Shown here: in pieces, positions 8,501 through 10,094 of the stretch
Layout: every line of letters begins with the position of its first letter
Position numbering within the stretch: position 1 is the stretch's first letter
From: Opitutales bacterium
GTDB taxonomy: Bacteria > Verrucomicrobiota > Verrucomicrobiia > Opitutales > JABSRG01
Direction: 5' to 3'
DNA: 10,094 bases
Assembly: GCA_049599475.1 (NCBI GenBank)
Contig: JBMYOQ010000114.1
Span: forward strand, 1 to 10,094
Made by a program: the position numbers and the translations under genes
The notes under the pieces: generated by a model
The model's database searches: none
What the model was told of the DNA's origin: nothing
The model's input: the letters and a program-made list of their open reading frames with translations, nothing else

Positions 8501-8677
8501 GCGCGTCACAACCCAGGAGAAGTTTCGGTAACGGCCGAATATACCGAAACTCTCACCGACGACTGGGAAACAATCGACTCAACGATCAACTACACCGGAG
8601 GCCTTTATGATGTACAAAAGGTCACTCCCCCGTCCACCGACGCCGCTTTCTTCCGCATCCGGATAACGACTCCATAG
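5549..8677 (+). CDS. Secreted multidomain S1 (formylglycine-dependent, Cys-type) sulfatase with LamG/concanavalin-like domain and PVC-type C-terminal module
   Basis: 1042 aa with signal peptide ending VQA|Q. LamG-like region ISSWTDQSGNGNDA...IGAIQVFDQSL. Sulfatase motifs RPNIIMFFVDDM (aa 427), CTPSRASLQTG (C493), YGKWHI, YAVH, NTYIIFTADNG, GIRVPLIV, DFLPTF, YFHYPHY, LFDLSIDPGE. C-terminal DFDLDGFTNLLEYNLGTDP...FFRIRI. Confidence 0.95.
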   Translation: MPLLPRMSRMVAAMAPLLLSSLVQAQVTLDWTERANSVDTGPWSIEIINTGGTPSYGIVSGGDSPALRDAFSETEDTSFTLTLQGLDTNFDPTDFTSGTPAKIDSNSKGAAINTNTGILFTLDLANLDADQGLEISAFTSNESSSLTICLNEERISSADTFLGITATHQDQIAFVAESGNARLQTITLDIVTVNQVITADPIQDLNASIAESITISSWTDQSGNGNDALPEIGNVTYPSSSLLSTGIPGIDFGSERTSIELFSSSESAAWLDQSSNPNGFAIMVAFKCEDIVPGVFNDLLGNSTDSTTGLQLGYTENGQLQVTLNGTVLSTPPASALEAGDTVIAALNYDADASTLSLWNSISGTSFETSVIPTDFSTDQPVTAGSIDAPNQYINGVIGAIQVFDQSLNQDLFASTRSSFTSDWVLRPNIIMFFVDDMPWYDTPVAMDDRMPNSYRAALRRLEINGEPYKWNIARLATEGMTFLNGYASAPQCTPSRASLQTGQSTARNRVAVSGGDWGEFREEVGGEPNKFPVIENGVQFPLTAPMIPQVLAPFGYQCAHYGKWHIEPAPGIAGYADSDGSTNNNDGSPNEPNNPKRIPEITDRAINFITTQHNAKQPFYLQLSQYAVHRQFQSLDSSQALFLNDEAVNGDEGIATYLGMVYDLDQALGQLMTHLESLGIYDNTYIIFTADNGDRANISLSEMKEPFYGDKWMLWQLGIRVPLIVSGPSVVEGDRTAFNAVTYDFLPTFLDWAGGNPSTLSNIDGISLKGLLEGESQSDERVNRSLYFHYPHYRNSMPMSAVVQGKWKMLRAWDGEIRIDEHQISDRDMLFDLSIDPGEFHNLNNTSPELSTKTDELAAELDAYLTEVDAWVPADNSVAYLADNGQTFDALKDKANDNYPLFEGTRPPNLNYSLNDLDKSPLEYWFDNWGVDIGNAENDFDLDGFTNLLEYNLGTDPTAPDPDTPLLLPFVNEGSANLEFQFTARHNPGEVSVTAEYTETLTDDWETIDSTINYTGGLYDVQKVTPPSTDAAFFRIRITTP

Positions 8678-8696
8678 GGACAGGTAGTCGAGAACG

Positions 8697-8773
8697 TTAG
8701 CGCTCATCTCCCCCGTGGGACATGACTCGGCCATCGCTGCCTAGGTTGCTTGGGCTATCGCGCTTATACCGGC
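8697..8773 (+). repeat. REP-doublet (REPIN-like) element, copy 2 (spacer conserved, hairpin arms degenerate)
   Basis: 8721-8773 matches the reverse complement of copy 1 at 44/53 without gaps. It is preceded by TTAGC-GCTCAT...GTGGGAC at the position of the left hairpin, and lies between the convergent stops at 8677 and 8812. Confidence 0.75.
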
Positions 8774-8811
8774 CGTCTCGACAAGCTCAAGTCCATGAGC
8801 TGCGCGATCGT

Positions 8812-9768
8812 TTAATTGTCTGCTCTCAGGTGGGATAAGATAAAGTTGGCAGCGTGTTCATTTATCTCACTCATACTTGGACTGATATTACCTCTGAAGC
8901 TATGTTCACCGCCCTTCACGACAATATATTCAAGATTGGCACCGAGATTCTTTGCGTGCTCAGCGAAGTAATCAGAAAGTGTAATTGGTAGAATCGAATC
9001 TTGATCTCCATGCAGCAGTAGGATCGGAGGTGAGTCTGCTCGAAGATGTTCACTTGGGCTCAATAGCACGGCACGTTCTGGATAATCGGCGGCCAGTCCC
9101 CCGATCATCGGGATCATACGCTGAGGTCTCTCAAAATTACTGCCTTTGAGCAATTCGGGGTTCAGAAAAGTAGTTGCGGGGTAGTAGGACGCGATACAGC
9201 GAAATTCTGGACTGTATTTGGCGAGACTAGCATCGCCTTCAAAAGCCGCATTATCCGCAAGCCCCGTCATTAATGCGAGATGCCCTCCTGCAGATCCGCC
9301 CCAGACACCCATGCGCTCTGGATCCAAGTTATAAGTAGCCGCATTCGCCATTAGAAATCGGGCGGCATCTTTACAATCTCCAACGCTGTCGATGGCCGTG
9401 GAAACGCCCTTCCGGGTCAGCCTATACTCGATAGCAGCACATGCGACACCTGCATTCAGTAAGCGTTTAAGCGTCTGACGAAAGGCAGGCTGCAAGACTT
9501 TGAATTTGTCCCCCCCGCCCCAGCCCCCGCCGTGCGTGTAAAGCATGACAGGCATCGGTTTGGGCTGCGCCTCTTGGGGTAAGAAAAGCCAGAGATCCAG
9601 CTTTTCTCCTTCTACCGTTTTATAGATAATATTTTTCTCTATTCGTAATAAGGAAACAAATACTTCATCCTTCGGGTTTTGCCCGTTGACGATGGCGGCG
9701 TAGAAAGGCGACATGCAGAGAAAAATCCAGGCCGTTACCTTTTGAATGAATAAAGGTAGAGTTTTCAT
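8812..9768 (-). CDS. Secreted alpha/beta-hydrolase esterase (HSL-like, BD-FAE/Abhydrolase_3 type)
   Basis: 318 aa with signal-peptide-like N-terminus. Motifs LDLWLFLP, oxyanion HGGGW, IEYRL, DCKDAARFL, nucleophile elbow GGSAGGHLA, acid HGDQD and base GGEHSF. Confidence 0.92.
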   Translation of the reverse strand: MKTLPLFIQKVTAWIFLCMSPFYAAIVNGQNPKDEVFVSLLRIEKNIIYKTVEGEKLDLWLFLPQEAQPKPMPVMLYTHGGGWGGGDKFKVLQPAFRQTLKRLLNAGVACAAIEYRLTRKGVSTAIDSVGDCKDAARFLMANAATYNLDPERMGVWGGSAGGHLALMTGLADNAAFEGDASLAKYSPEFRCIASYYPATTFLNPELLKGSNFERPQRMIPMIGGLAADYPERAVLLSPSEHLRADSPPILLLHGDQDSILPITLSDYFAEHAKNLGANLEYIVVKGGEHSFRGNISPSMSEINEHAANFILSHLRADN

Positions 9769-9971
9769 GAGTTCTTAGGCTTATCCATTTTTTTAATAAT
9801 CAGTTAAGGCGTTGTCTCAGTCACTTTGATAGACTCAGTTGTAGCGACGTCACTCTGCTGACGTGCCAGCGTTTAAGTGATGTGAACCCGCACGCCCCAG
9901 CTACACCTATCAGAATGGGCGCGAAATGGTATCATATTGTCTCTCAAAAGTCTTTATAAGGCTCTGTTGGG

Positions 9972-10065
9972 GCAGCGCCCGTTTACCAAACGGGCATGAC
10001 TCGGCGCTAGCCGCTTAGGTAGCATGGGCTGACGCGCTTATGCCGGCTCGGTGATCCGGCGCTTG
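9972..10065 (+). repeat. REP-doublet (REPIN-like) element, copy 3, with two different hairpin variants
   Basis: Left unit is GCAG-C-GCCCGTTT-ACC-AAACGGGC (perfect 8-bp stem, 9977-9995). Spacer 9996-10041 is 46 nt. Right unit on the minus strand is CAAG-C-GCCGGATC-ACC-GAGCCGGC. 59/69 identity to the reverse complement of copy 1. Confidence 0.85.
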
Positions 10066-10094
10066 TAGGATATGCCCCTATGAGAAACCAGCTT

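Noticed and set aside
8722..8800. Small peptide starting at the invariant ATGACTCGG of the repeat
   Set aside because: The frame stops after four codons in copies 1 and 3 (TAA, TAG) and is open only in copy 2, so coding is not conserved.
8784..8801. AGCTCA/TGAGCT hairpin as a terminator between the convergent genes
   Set aside because: Only a 6-bp stem with no adjacent U-tract; too weak to call.
108..10065. Copies 1 and 3 as ends of a composite transposon, or the repeats as integron attC sites
   Set aside because: There is no transposase or integrase, a third copy lies inside, orientations are mixed, gene units are multi-gene and divergent, and no RYYYAAC/GTTRRRY ends were seen.

Overview
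Bacterial window, most likely from a marine PVC-superphylum organism such as Verrucomicrobia (inferred from protein style, not verified). It has five intact genes, four of them encoding probably secreted proteins. On the minus strand, a three-gene run encodes a modular protein with an uncharacterised N-terminal domain, a non-canonical purple-acid-phosphatase-like metallophosphoesterase and a DoxX-like membrane protein, and ends at an intrinsic terminator (258-297). A 1042-aa multidomain formylglycine-type sulfatase is transcribed divergently on the plus strand, and a convergent HGGG/GxSxG esterase follows it. A frameshifted, truncated sulfatase remnant sits at the head of the minus-strand run. 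The most notable non-coding signal is a dispersed ~95-bp element in three copies (108-203, 8697-8773, 9972-10065): two inward-facing GTAG-type hairpins (8-bp stem, ACC loop) around a conserved 46-nt spacer. One hairpin shows three compensatory base-pair changes, consistent with a REP-doublet (REPIN-like) family. A perfect 21-bp tandem duplication lies 8 nt before the sulfatase start codon. No rRNA, tRNA, CRISPR array or transposase was seen.
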